DNA of 64,000 nt from Octopus vulgaris (lineage: Eukaryota), in contig OX597840.1 of assembly GCA_951406725.2 (NCBI GenBank), forward strand, positions 10,974,001 through 11,038,000, given 5' to 3'. The notes below the pieces were generated by a model, which did not search any database, was not told the DNA's origin, and saw only the letters and a list, made by a program, of their open reading frames with translations. Position 1 is the stretch's first letter; each line of letters starts with the position of its first letter. Positions 34,601 to 47,600 of the stretch are shown here, piece after piece. Both the position numbers and the translations under genes were made by a program.

Positions 34601-37600
34601 CAATCATCTTCCTTTTCACCCAAATACCCTGTAAAGGCCTTTTTGCCCCAGTTACATTTCACTGGGTTACAGATTGGGGCAAAGGCACTCACAGACTTGT
34701 ACCCTGTTGGATTCTTTAAGGCTATCACCAAGGCACCGTGTCCGCCCATGCTGCAACATAAAGAAGGGGGATAATTAGAAGGTAATTACAGGTACAGGTG
34801 TGGTTGAGTGGTAAGAAGTTTGCTTCCCAGCCCCCATGGTTCCAAACATGTGGGGGCCAGGTTCAATCCTACTGACTTCTAAAACAGCCCTGGGCCAACC
34901 AAATCCATGTGAGTAAGGAACACAGAGAAGCTGAAAGATACCTATTTCTTTATTGCCCACAAGGGGCTAAACATAGAGAGGACAAACAAGGACAGACAAA
35001 CGGATTAAGCCGATTATATGGACCCCAGTGCGTAACTGGTACTCATTTAATCGACCCCGAAAGGATGAAAGGCAAAGTCGACCTCGGCGGAATTTGAACT
35101 CAGAACGTAACGGTAGACAAAATACAGCTACGCATTTTGCCCGGCGCGCTAACGTTTCTGCCAGCTCACCGCCATTAAGAAGGTAATTACAGGTACAGGT
35201 GTGGTTGAGTGGTAAGAAGTTTGCTTCCCAACCCCATGGTTCCAGGTTCAGTCCCATTACCTGGCAGATTGGGTGAATGTCTTCTACTATAGCCTCAGGG
35301 AGATCAAACCCTTGAGTGGATTTGGGAGACAGAAACTAAAAGAAGCCCATTGTATATATGTTTGTTGTTTCTTTACTGCCCACAAGGGGCTAGACACGGA
35401 GGGGACAAACAGGGACAGACAAATGGATTAAGTTGATTAACTGGTACTTTATTTATCGACTCCGAAAGGATGAAAGGCAAAGTCGACCTCGGCGGAATTT
35501 GAACTCAAAAATTTAACGGCAGACAAAATACGTTTTTTTTTTCTGCCCACAAGGGGCTAAACACACAAAGTACAAACAAGGACAGACAAAGGGATTAAGT
35601 CGATTATATCGACCCCAGTGCGTAACTGGTACTTAATTTATCGATCCTGAAAGGATGAAAGGCAAAGTCGACCTCGGCGGAATTTGAACTCAAAATTTAA
35701 CGGCAGACAAAATACCTTTTTCTTTACTGCCCACAAGGCCCACAGAGAGGACAAACAAGGACAGACAGACGGATTAAGTTGATTATATCGACCCTAGTGC
35801 GTCACTGGTACTTAATTTGTTCCCTCTATGTTTAGCCCCTTTGGGTAGTAAAGAAATAGGTGTTTCGTCCACCACTACCACCACCACCAGTTCCAATACC
35901 ACCGAACTGCACCACCAGCACCACCAGCACCACTACCATCACTTTCACCACCACCACCACCACCATTAAGTACCAGTTACGCACTAGGGTCGATGTAATC
36001 GATTTAATCCATTTGTCTGTCCTTGTTTGTTCCCTCTATGTTTAGCCCCTTTTGGGTAATAAAGAAATAAGATTCTTAAAATATTTCCTTGGTTGCATTT
36101 TCGCAACAAACCTGCCCTACTTGTTTGGACATGATCTTGCCAGGAAGAATCGGACTGAGCATACGGCATGTTCAGTAGGGGGTCGACACCCGTAGCGAAC
36201 AGTCGCATAGGGTCCTTCTGTTCCAGACCGTGAAAGCTTACCATAAAAGTTTAATCTAAAATCAGTGAAATTTTTTAAAGGCTTTGTTTTTTTTAAGGGG
36301 CATGAAGGGACAAGGATTGGCAAAGGGTCAAAGAAAAGAAATTTCTGACTCACCTATGGCCAGAAATGGATTTCTTTTCTGGTAAGACTGGGAAGTTGGA
36401 TTCTATCAATTTTGGCAGCTGAAATACATCAAAATCACGGTTTGTTACACATGAATCTAATAATAATAATAATAATAATAATAACTAGCAGTATCGCCCG
36501 GCGTTGCTCGGGTTTGTAAGGGAAATAACTATATAAGCATTTTAGAGAGTTACTTCCCTTATATAAACAGAGCAAAAAATGCATTAAAAAAACGAAAAAA
36601 TGATGGTAAATTTTTTTAAAATCGTAGACTCATCGTAGACGCGCGCTAATACCCAGAAGGGCTCGAAATGAATCACGACTATAAGATACCCGCTTTTGGT
36701 TAAACTGCACCGCAAAATGTGGGAGTAGTTAGGAATCTAAATCGGAGTAGACAGACACACACACAACTTCAGTTTTATATATAAAGATGACATGAAATAA
36801 AGGTGGTGGTGGTGGTGGTGGTGATGGTGGTAAAATGTTGTAAAATGGTAGAACTTACTTCTTTGACAATGTAAGAATACATTCGGTAGTTGGTGCTCCA
36901 TTTTGGTTGAGTTGCATCCACATAGAAACCAGCACCGGAACCAAAGTCATAGCTATCATCTTCACCCTCAATGTTACAGCCCCTGTAAAACATGAAGGAC
37001 AACAATAATACAAACAACTATATATATATATATATGTATATATATACATCATCATCGTTTAACGTCCATTTTCCATGCTAGCATGGGTTGGACGGTTCGA
37101 CCGAGGATCTGGGAAGCCAGGAGGCTGCACCAGGCTCCTGCCTGATCTGACAGTGTTTCTACAGCTGGATGCCCTTCCTAATGCCAACCACTCTGTGAGT
37201 GTAGTGCGTGCTTTTTTGTTTCGTGCCACCGCCACAGTGGCCAAAGGAGGCTGCCAAACAGCCACGATCGACTGGTGCTTTTTACGTGTCGCCGACACGA
37301 ATGCCAATCAAGTGGCGCTGGCATCTGCCACGTTCTAATGGTGCTTTTTACATGCCACCGGCACAGGGCTCACAACTACAATTTCCATTTGACTTTTATT
37401 TTGATATTGTTGATGTCCTTGACTCAATAGGTCTTTCAAGAACAGTGGGGTCACTCTACGATCCAAGGTTAACACAGCAGGCCGTCCTGCGAGCCATGAA
37501 CTCACTTCATTTGTCAGTGTGTTTGTCTCCATCTTCCATTCCTCTTACATATAAATACATACATATATATATATATATACACATATATATATATATATAA

Positions 37601-39256
37601 ATGGATGAATGAAATATCCTTTGTTTACCGTTAACATGGAAAATTCAATAGTTAGTTAGTTAGTTAGTTAATTTTTTGGCTCAAAAAAGCAAAAAGCAAG
37701 GCCATGTAGGGGCACATGGAGTTATGTACAGGGAGGGTGTTCATTACAAAGAGTTCAGGCCATTTATGGTCAAGAGAGACTTTGAACCGAGCGGTCGTCG
37801 GCATCTTCTGGCCATCTCGTCCGGCAGCTTATTCCACGGATCCACAACCCGGACGGAGAAAGCTCTTCTCCTTCGATTGAGATGAAATCGTCGTAGATAG
37901 AGCTTTTCGGAATGACCCCGCAGCCGGCGCTCTGGAGCAGGAGTGAAGAACAGCTCTTTCGAGAGGTTACACTTTCCGCTTATGGTATTGTAGGCAAGAA
38001 TGAGGTCACCACGGCGTCGTCGTTTTTCTAGAGAATAAAGGTCGAGCGTCTTCAGCCTTTCTTCATAAGACAAATTCTTGAGACCAAGAACCATGCGGGT
38101 AGCCAGCTTCTGGACTCTTTCGAGATGCTGTATGTCTTTGAGGAGATAAGGAGAAGAGGCTTGAATCCCATACTCCAATATGGGTCTCACCAGCGTGACA
38201 TAGAGCGGTAGGAATATGGCTGCTGTGAGCATTCCGAATGACCATCGAATCAAGAACAGAATTCCGCATGCTTTGTTGGCAGCATGGACGCACTGGGCCG
38301 AAGGCAAAAAGGAGGAATCCACCAAGATACCCAGGTCCTTTACCTGATCGGTCCTCTCCAGCAGCAGACGATCCAGCTCAAAATCAAGTTGAGTTGCAAG
38401 AGGAGAGCCAACAGGCAGATGACAGCACTTTGACACGTTCAGACACAGGTCTCATCGTTAGACCATCTCCAAATTTGGTAGAGGCATCGACGAAGATCCT
38501 CTATATCACCGCGAAGGAGCGACCAGTTTGACATCATCAATAAACAGTTACCAGGTTAGCAAAATTCACGCAAGTAACAAGGATGTAGCGACCTTTTCAC
38601 AGGTAGAAACTCCGGGTTAATGTGCAGTAATTTGTGTAGTATAAGTAAATAAATGGAGTTGAACGCAAATGCAGTTCAAATTCTTTTACTTTCGACATAT
38701 GTTTCGAAGACAACATTGGTTTTATTCCAAAGGAATAAACGGTGTACAATGTAATCTTCTCATCAGGAAAGAAAGAGAGCCTATCAAAATTGTTATAATG
38801 TCTTGTTGTTGAGATAGGCTCTCTTTCTTTCCTGATGAGAAGATTGCATTTTACACTGTTTATTCCTTTGAATAAAACCAATGTTGTCTTCGAAACATAT
38901 GTCGAAAGTAAAAGAATTTGAATAACACCTGCGTTCAAATCCATTTATTTACTTATATATATATATATACATATATATATTATATTAAATTAGAGATAAA
39001 ACTACTATTAGGCAAATCAAACAGTGAAAATCATAAGCCAATACATAGGAATAAAATTAATTAAAAAAATATATAAAAAATATAAAATATAAAATTCCAA
39101 ATTAAAATATTTAAATTAAAGTTAAAATTTAAAAAATTAAAAAATTTAATATAATTTAATATAATATATATTTATACTATAAAATTAGATTTAATCCTAA
39201 ATCTAATTTTTCCCTGTAAATTTGGATTTACTCCCTAATATTATTATTATTATTAT

Positions 39257-39295
<39 letters not shown>

Positions 39296-42200
39296 ATGTA
39301 TTTGGTGAAGTAACAGAGGTATTGTTGTATAGAATTGGCTAAAACTGTGTATACTTACTTGGACTTGTGTCAGGTGCTACAACGATGATGTTGTGTTCTG
39401 CTGCATATCTTTGGAAACCAGATTTTGTTACGAAATTCTGCTCAGTACAAGTCAAACCTGGCGGGGAAGAAATTAAAGAGAAATGGTAGAATCAAAAGGA
39501 ACAAGAGATGGCAGGGGGACCATAAGGCAAACAACAGTAAGAGGCAAAAATCTAGTCGATTACACTGGCTCACAGTATATGACTGGTACAAATTTTATTG
39601 ATTCTGAGAGAAGAAAAATCAAAGTTAACCTAAATAGAATTTGAACTCCTGGAGATATGCTGTGACTGCAAAGACCCGGGCTGCTTCCTGCACCAGCTCC
39701 GCATAGCCCCAGCCCATTCAAAGTACCTTGGATTTCAGAATAACCCGCTGTGCTTGAAGAGACCTGTTGAGTCAAGTACATGAACATCGAAATAAATATC
39801 AATGGATATAGTAGTTGTGATACTTGTCCCGGTGGCACATGAATAAGCACCATCCGAACGTGGCCAATGCCAGCACCGCCTTGACTGGCTTCTGTGCCGG
39901 TGGCACATGAATAAGCACCATCCGAACGTGGCCAATGCCAGCACCGCCTTGACTGGCTTCTGTGCCGGTGGCACATGAATAAGCACCATCCGAACGTGGC
40001 CGATGCCAGCGCCGCCTTGACTGGCATCTGTGCCGGTGGCACATGAATAAGCACCATCCGAACGTGGCCGATGCCAGCGCCGCCTTGACTGGCATCTGTG
40101 CCGGTGGCACATAAATAAGCACCATCCGAACGTGGCCGATGCCAGCGCCGCCTTGACTGGCATCTGTGCCGGTGGCACATGAATAAGCACCATCCGAACG
40201 TGGCCGATGCCAGCGCCGCCTTGACTGGCATCCAGTGCCGGTGGCACATGAATAAGCACCATCCGAACGTGGCCGATGCCAGCGCCGCCTTGACTGGCAT
40301 CTGTGCCGGTGGCACATAAATAAGCACCATCCGAACGTGGCCGATGCCAGCGCCGCCTTGACTGGCTTCTGTGCCGGTGGCACATAAATAAGCACCATCC
40401 GAACGTGGCCGATGCCAGCGCCGCCTTGACTGGCTTCTGTGCCGGTGGCACATAAATAAGCACCATCCGAACGTGGCCGATGCCAGACTGCCCTGGCACC
40501 TGTGCTGGTGGCACGTAAAAAGCACCCAATACACTCACAGAGTGGTTGGCGTTAGGAAGGGCATCCAGCTGTAGAAACACTGCCAGATCAGATTGGAGCC
40601 TGGTGCAGCCTCCTGGCTTCCCAGATACTCAGTCGAACTGTCCAACCCATGCTAGCATGGAAAGCGGACGTTAAACAATGATGATGATGATGATGATGAT
40701 GATGAAAAGGATGAGAGGCAAAGTTGACCTCGGCGGAATTTAAACTCAGAACGTAGCGACAGACGAGCCGTGGAAACTTTGCCAAATCCATGCCAGTATG
40801 GAAAGCGGACATTAAACAATGATGATGAGGATGATAATATATAATCCCAGAACCATGTGGTTGCTATGCAAGCTACTTACCACACAGCCACTCCTATGCC
40901 TATACACACACACACAAACACGACAGGCTTCTTTTAGCATTAGGCTACCAAATTCACTCAAAATTCTTTAGTCAGCTGGAACTATAGTAGAAGACATTTG
41001 CCTAAGGCAGTGCTTTTCAAACTTTTTGCTAGAGCGGAACCCCAAGGAAACATTCCACTGGCTCGAGGAACCCCTGTGCAATAATTTAATAGTCTTATGC
41101 ACACATATCTGCACAGGAGAAATAAAAATTACTGCCGATTTTAGAAGTTTTGTAACTTCTTGTGGAACCCCTGGACTGTACTGGCAGAACCCCAAGGTTC
41201 CACAGAACCCTGGTTGAAGACCACTGATCCTGGGACCTTGTAGTGGGGAAGCAAATTTCTTCCCGCAGGGCCACAATTTAATGATGATGATGAGGTTTTT
41301 GTACCAGAAATGGTCAGTTGTCTCCCCTGCCATCTAACCAAGTACCAGTAATTGAATCAGGGACTAAGGGAATTAAACTCACCGGAAAGCCAATAGAGCA
41401 CAGGAAGTTTGCCAAATTCAGATTTCGCAGGTAAATAAATACCGAATTTCATTTCACATTTCAATTCAGAACTGAAAAGAGAATTTGATTGATAGATGGA
41501 CAGACGGACAAATGAATAGATAGATGAATAGACAGATAGACAGACAGACAGAAGACAGACACACAGACATGAATAGATAGATAGAAAGATAGACTGACAG
41601 ATAGATAGAAAAATAGCTAGCTAGCTAGCTACCTAGATAGATGATAGATAGATAGACAGACAGACAGATAGAAAGACAGATATATATAAAGAAAGACAGA
41701 TTGATTAAAGACAGATAGATATAGACACACAGATAGACAGAGACAGACGGATAGATAAACAGATGGATAGACAGATAGACAGACAGACAGACAGATAGAC
41801 AGGTAGATGGATAGATAGATATAAATAAAAGACATAGAAAGACAATGAGATATAGACACACAATTAGACAGAGACAGACATAGATAAACAGATGGATAGA
41901 CAGGTAGATAGCCAGGTAGATAGACAGATAGATGGATGGAGATGAGAGAGATAGGTGAGGGTATCTCCTTTTCTTGACTTCATGCGCTAGTCCTAAAATG
42001 GGTGCCCCTGTCATACAAGCAGTGTCATTCACTCCCAATATACTGCAGAAACATGTCTGACCATGGGGAAATATTACCTTGTTTGGAAACAACAGAGAGT
42101 TGGCGACAGGAAGGGCACCCCAGTCGCAGAAAATCTGCCTCCAATAAACCGCAAGGTGGACACTGAATGATAATGATGAATAAAGAATGAACCTGACTTT

Positions 42201-42520
42201 TATTAAAGTATTTCGCATAGATGTTTGTTACTGCTGGGGATAATGGTGAACCAATTGCTATGCCTGCGAAGTGCTGATAAATTACGTTTCAATCTGGAAA
42301 CAAATATTTCTTCGGCTCGGTCTTAATATCTCCTTGAGGTTTTCAAATGGTATTTAGTGTGTATACGATTATTTTCGTTGAAATAGGTAAGAAGATAAAC
42401 AGGTAAAAATGAAAGAAAGGAAGGAAAGAAGGAAGGGTGTTTTATTTACCTGGAATGTTTGAAGACTTTCTGAAAGCCTCCAAAACATTTGTTCGATGAT
42501 ACCTGTTCAAGATTACTCAT
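28572..42520 (-). CDS. ESD: Esterase D / S-formylglutathione hydrolase, copy 1 (9 coding exons)
   Basis: Exons 42520-42450, 41471-41383, 39457-39359, 36982-36859, 36418-36354, 34750-34597, 31488-31423, 30165-30067, 28649-28572. Motifs [51 protein letters not shown] and GYDHSYYFI. Exon 4 is 1 nt short. Confidence 0.96.
28845..29082. repeat. ~81-bp tandem repeat (3 units; 4 units at 48305-48622)
   Basis: tgataatcctgcattttacagggga recurs. Confidence 0.9.
30067..30165 (-). CDS. ESD: ESD copy 1 exon 8 ([12 protein letters not shown]...VRKQE)
   Basis: ttttag| ... |gtaaga, 99 nt. Confidence 0.92.
31423..31488 (-). CDS. ESD: ESD copy 1 exon 7 ([22 protein letters not shown])
   Basis: cctag| ... 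|gtaact, 66 nt. Confidence 0.9.
31694..34306. repeat. 33-bp minisatellite, about 79 units, in ESD intron 6
   Basis: Unit tttgcagttcagcaacaatcagtgacatcatca. Confidence 0.97.
34597..34750 (-). CDS. ESD: ESD copy 1 exon 6 ([14 protein letters not shown]...DDWH)
   Basis: ttgcag| ... |gtaagt; completes the GHSMGG nucleophile elbow. Confidence 0.94.
36354..36418 (-). CDS. ESD: ESD copy 1 exon 5 ([22 protein letters not shown])
   Basis: tttcag| ... |gtgagt, 65 nt. Confidence 0.92.
36484..36789 (+). mobile_element. Helitron/Helentron-associated non-autonomous element, Lep1/HINE-like (also 53875-54175)
   Basis: 5' ACTAGC followed by hairpin cccggcgttgctcggg; 3' acagacacac microsatellite and tatataaagat end. 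Confidence 0.6.
36859..36982 (-). CDS. ESD: ESD copy 1 exon 4 ([24 protein letters not shown]...IVKE)
   Basis: 124 nt versus 125 nt in copy 2; C4 versus C5 run at the acceptor. Confidence 0.9.
37651..38635 (-). mobile_element. 5'-truncated CR1/L2-clade LINE in ESD intron 3
   Basis: ORF 38436-37744 KDLGI...LVRPILEYG...LERVQ..ATR...YEERL...RRRGDLI...RGH...WNKLP; (TAAC)n tail at 37651-37670. Confidence 0.88.
38689..38771 (-). ncRNA. Type I hammerhead ribozyme motif (inverted partner, sense to the ESD pre-mRNA)
   Basis: Reverse-complement arm of the same palindrome; core intact. Confidence 0.72.
38827..38908 (+). ncRNA. Type I hammerhead ribozyme motif
   Basis: ctttc CTGATGA GAAGATtGCATT...AATGTtGTCTTC GAAAC atat GTC gaaag; 5-bp stem I. 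Confidence 0.75.
39359..39457 (-). CDS. ESD: ESD copy 1 exon 3 ([13 protein letters not shown]...APDTSP)
   Basis: cgccag| ... |gtaagt, 99 nt. Confidence 0.93.
39829..40490. repeat. 68-bp GC-rich tandem repeat, about 10 units, inside a family D SINE
   Basis: ccggtggcacat recurs every 68 bp; only about 2 units at 57224-57345. Confidence 0.95.
41008..41226. mobile_element. hAT/Charlie-like MITE (also 57852-58070)
   Basis: Termini cagtgcttttcaaac / ggttgaagaccactg; TSD not clear. Confidence 0.6.
41383..41471 (-). CDS. ESD: ESD copy 1 exon 2 ([14 protein letters not shown]...LYWLSG)
   Basis: ttttcag| ... |gtgagt, 89 nt. Confidence 0.93.
42450..42520 (-). CDS. ESD: ESD copy 1 coding exon 1 ([23 protein letters not shown])
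   Basis: ATG at 42520; donor gtaaat; polypyrimidine tract and AG at 42543-42544 imply an upstream 5'UTR exon. Confidence 0.92.
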
Positions 42521-43433
42521 TATTACTTTCAAACTAAGGAATCTGACAAAAGTAGAAAAGAAACAAAAGAATGCATGAATATTCAAGGAATAATGAGAGC
42601 ACCTGAGTCATTTAACTATATATATATACATACAGCATATTGTGTGTGTATATCTGTACACATACATACATACATATATATATATATACATATATATATA
42701 CATACATACAGACATAGACAGATACAGAGAGTGGGCCAAAAGTCACATTTTATTAACATTAAATTATTATATTAATTTTTATTATTATTGCCTTTGCACA
42801 GCTTCTAATGCTGGAGGTGTACTACAGTGTCAGCTGTACTACGGTGTCTTGTGAACCTCAAGACAAGAAGGAATATAACGATCGCCCATGTCCAATTTAT
42901 ATTATATATATATACACGAGGGTGAGTCAAAAAGTAATGCCATTTTGTTTAGGACAGGTATAATTACCAACACAGGAACATGTATCATACATCAAAATGA
43001 AGCTGGTCCTCTGTGGATCACATCCCTACTTCTCAACATAGTCACCGTTTCTCTCAATAGCAATGTTCCACTTTTGAATGAGAGCATGTATCCCTGCCCC
43101 CGTAAAATTCTGTTGACTGTTCTTTGAGCCACTTCTTCACTACAAAGTCAAAGAGACAACACCTTCTTTCCGAAGGCTCATAACAGGTGATGAAACATGG
43201 GTTCATCATTATGAACCGGAATCAAAGAGGCAGTCAATGGATTGGCACCACTCACCAACACCAAAAGACGCAAAGTCAGCTGGAAAAATCATGGCGACTG
43301 TCTTTTGGGATGCTCAAGATGTCATTCTGGTTGATTTCTTGCCAAAAGGAAAAACAATAAACTCATAATAAGCTTCATTTTGATGTATGATACATGTTCC
43401 TGTGTTGGTAATTATACCTGTCCTAAACAAAAT

Positions 43434-43533
43434 NNNNNNNNNNNNNNNNNNNNNNNNNNNNNNNNNNNNNNNNNNNNNNNNNNNNNNNNNNNNNNNNNNN
43501 NNNNNNNNNNNNNNNNNNNNNNNNNNNNNNNNN
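43434..43533. other. Assembly gap (100 N)
   Basis: Run of n. Confidence 1.
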
Positions 43534-44358
43534 AAAGTGCCCCAGGCTGCTTATGGATTCACTTGTATGAGCCGAGCATCTGCTTTTTGCTGGCACAAAA
43601 GGTTCAAGCAATGTAGAGAGGAAATGAGAGACGATAAGAGATGTGGGAGGGAGAAGGGTTCCAGAATATCAGAGTTGGTTGAGAATATTCACAATTCTCT
43701 GGATGAAGGCCATCACGTCTCTACAATGTCTATAAGCATGCAGTTTGGAGTTTGTGTGACAACTGTGCACAGAATTATTCAAGAAGATCTGAGCATGTGC
43801 AAAACTTCTGCAAAGTTTGTTCCTAGAGTGCTCAATAACGAACAGGGGGAGAAAGAGGCATTGGTAACAGCAGGGAGATGTTTGAGCTGATTACCTCCAA
43901 TCCAAGAGCACTTGAGTCTCGCGGTTTTGATTCTCAGACCAGGCTTTGTGTTTATGGAGCAAAAACACCTAAAAGCTCCACGAGGCTCTGGCAGGGGATG
44001 GTGGTGATCCCTGCTGTACTCTTTCACCACAACTTTCTCTCACTCTTTCTTCCTGTTTCCGTTGTACCTGTATTTCAAAGGGCCAGCCTTGTCACACTCT
44101 GTATCATGCTGAATCTCCCCGAGAACTACGTTAGGGGTACACGTGTCTATGGAGTACTCAGCCACTTGCACATTAATTTCACGAGCAGGCTGTTCCGTTG
44201 ATCGGATCAACTGGGACCCTCGTCGTCGTAACCGGCGGAGTGTCACCATTATGTATGTATAATTATTCTTAGAACATATTCTATCCTCGTTAATGCCAGA
44301 ACCTGATTGTTAAAACATTATAGCATAATTCTAATTATTGTTAAACATTTAATTTCAG

Positions 44359-44624
44359 GAACTCCTGAAGAACGTGGAATTATCAAATGGGACAATATTG
44401 TTGACAGCAAAGCTGAAAATACTTCCGAATCCTTTGATACGTACTCATTCCCACGACCAATACAGAAACTGGTTGACAGGTGGAATTGGCCTGTTTACGT
44501 ACCATTTTGTCCAGCTTATAATTCCTACATTTCCAGGCTCGTCAAACGTATGGCTGCCTGCTGTTCGTGCCGCAAAAAACCAACTGAACCTGTGCCAAAA
44601 CAATCCATTGAAACTACGTTATAA
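44359..44624 (+). CDS. SLC23A: Orphan second copy of the SLC23 terminal exon (probable allelic duplicate)
   Basis: Near-identical to 23317-23582 (K->R change, TTG TAG -> TTA TAA); no upstream exons after the N gap. Confidence 0.7.
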
Positions 44625-47600
44625 CCATGGTTTCTAATAATTTTGTTCACATAATATATATATATTCGTGTGTATGTGCATGTGTGTGTATCTGTGTGTG
44701 TGTGTGTATATATAATATATATATATAATAGAAATATTAAAATTACAAAGTCTCTCTAAAGGAGATTATGGCAGCGTTACTGGAAATTAATAGTTATCGC
44801 CATACTAATATGGCAGTCTTATAAATATAAGACTAAAGCTGTCGCTGATTAGCTCCAAGAGGCCACCACCTCAAGCTAGCTATTTGACACACGAACCTGC
44901 GTCCATTACAAACCTTCGAACAAGGGAGGTCAGCCGCTTCATCCTGCCAGTCAGACAGCTACAGACGTTTTAGGGTTGTTGCCCCTTATCAATGCAGCGT
45001 AGTCAGACTTGCAGGTGTCGCTACTGATCGTATATATATATATATATATATTTGTGTGTGTGTGTGTGTGTGTGTGTGTTGGGAGGTGTATATATATATG
45101 TGTGTCTATGTTAATGTTTTCATGTGTATTGAGTTGTGTCCCTCGGTGGCAAAATGTAACTTCAAAGACTCCCTAAACAAGATCTGAAAAGATGTAAATA
45201 ATGTTAAGCACCGACTGGTGCCCCAGCATGGCCACGGTCCACTGAATCAGTACAGTCACGTGCACAATATGTATTTGCTGTATTGACTTACATATCTTAA
45301 TGTTCCAGGTTCAAACCTTGTTGAGCTCAACACTTTGATATTTTTTTTTTGGTGATGGGGCAAGGGCAGGTGAAGGTAGGGTCTATACCTCTGGTCACAA
45401 TACGCTTCCAATTTTGTCTTGATGGGCCATTCTTTTCCATCTGGACCCAAATTGTCTTCCCATCGTCGTGGAAGCTTTTCAAGCGGCCTTTTCCAATCTC
45501 TTGGCTACCACACAGCAACTGCACAGCTCCACCTGTTGTCTGTGAACCTTGCGACATATCCAGCTCAATGGAACTTGTTCCTTCGGTACTCTGCCATCAC
45601 ATCGTTCACTCTGCTCCGTTCTCGAATGATCTCTTTCCGAATGTGCTCCCTTAATGATATTCCTAGCACGGATATTCCCATGGCCCTTTGCGTCGTAGAC
45701 AATCGATGTCCTCTCCTCTTCGTAAGTAGCCCCATGTCTCACCTGCATATTCTTTTTTTTTTCTTTTACTAGTTTCAGTCATTTGACTGCGGCCATGCTG
45801 GAGCACTGCCTTTAGTCGAAAAAATTGACCCCGGGACTTATTCTTTTTGTAAGCCCAGTACTTATTCTATCGGTCTCTTTTGCCGAACCGCTAAGTGACG
45901 GTGACGTAAACACACCAGCATCGGTTGTCAAGCAATGCTAGGGGGACAAACAGACATACACACACACACACACATACATACATATATACGACAGGCTTCT
46001 TTCAGTTTCTGTCCACCAAATCCACTTACAAGGCTTTGGTCGGCCCGGGGCTATAGTAGAAGACACTTGCCCAAGATGCCACGCAGTGGGACTGAACCCA
46101 GAACCATGTGGTCGGTATATAAATATATATATATATATTTATACAAATATATACGATGGGCTTCTTTCAGTTTCCGTCTACCAAATCCACTCACAAGGCA
46201 TTGGTCGGCCCGGGGCTATAGCAGAAGACACTAGCCCAAGATGCCATGCAGTGGGACTGAACCTCGAACCATGTGGTTGGTTAGCAAGCTACTTACCACA
46301 CAGCCACTCCGCGCCTATAGGAGCACAGGTACGATGATGCTATTAAAGAGTCTGGCCCTTATGGCATTGTCTACCTTTGTTTGGAGTACATCCTTTATTA
46401 AGTTAAACACCTTCCATCCTACCCTTATTATCTTTAAGATTTCAACATCCACATCTCAATCCATCTCCACTGCGTGCCCCAAATAGACATAACCCTTTTT
46501 ACTCCTCCATTTCATCACTTCCCGCCTCTGTCAGCCTTGTGCTATATCCTTCTGACCCCATGTATTTTTTTTTCCAAACAGGTCCTTTTAAGACCTACTG
46601 CTAAGCTGAGTGTCCACCCATATTAAAATTTATTATAATGTATTAAAATTTATTATAATATATTATAATATCATGTATTTCTATTTCAGAACTCAGATGT
46701 TTTTTTATCTTTTCTGTTATTTTTTATAATCTTTCATTTACTAACATAAAACATTTAATTAATAATTTCTTTTAATTAATAATTTCTTTTAATTATCAAA
46801 TTATTCAGAATCTTTGTATGATTATTCCCTTTCTTCTATTTACTCTTTTACTTGTTTCAGCCATGTGACTGTGGCCATGCTGGAGCACTGCCTTTAGTCG
46901 AGCAAATCGACCCCAAGACATTCTTTGTAAGCCTAGTACTTATTCTATCAGTCTCTTTTGCTGAAGTGCTAAGTTACGGGGACGTAAACACACCAGCATC
47001 AGTAGACCTCTGGAAGTATAGAAATCATTATTGATTAGCACCAGATATTTTAATTAGCTATAAAAATACCAAACATAAATCTGTTATTTCTTCCGAAATA
47101 CCAGGAAACTTAAGACTTCTGAAAGGAAATTAGGGTTAGGGAAATATTTATATTACTCAATACAAACAAAACAAGGGCCAACTAAAAGGTCTAGGGGATT
47201 TAGGACAAACTTATGAAAATGATTAGGACAAGCTTTTCTTGTGAAGGATCTACTCTGGGAATACAAGTTTATGTTTTTTATTTAAAATGCTGCATTAAGC
47301 AGGGAAAGAAAATTGATAACAGGTATTGATTAGCACCACATATTTTAATTAGCTATAAAAATACCAAACATAAATCTGTTATTTCTTCCGAAATACCAGG
47401 GTACCTTAAGACTTTTGAAAGGAAATTAGGGTTAGGGAAATATTTATATTACTCAATACAAACAAAACAAGGGCCAACTAAAAGGTCTGGGGGATTTAGG
47501 ACAAACTTATGAAAATGATTAGGACAAGCTTTTTCTTGTGAAGGATCTACTCTGGGAATACAAGTTTATGTTTTTATTTAAATGCTGCATTAAGCAGGAA

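Larger units (their letters stand above)
38640..38957. mobile_element. ~320-bp palindromic element with two hammerheads (also at 56035-56353)
   Basis: Inverted arms tataagtaaataaatgg / ccatttatttacttata; related to but diverged from 23720-24090. Confidence 0.8.

Noticed and set aside
35868-35965. Pro/Thr-rich ORF from a (CCA)n-like stretch
   Set aside because: It replaces ordinary SINE sequence present at 53070-53330 in copy 2; low complexity and possibly consensus noise.
39560-40580. 324-aa and 281-aa repeat proteins
   Set aside because: They arise from frame-rotating translation of the 68-bp tandem repeat.
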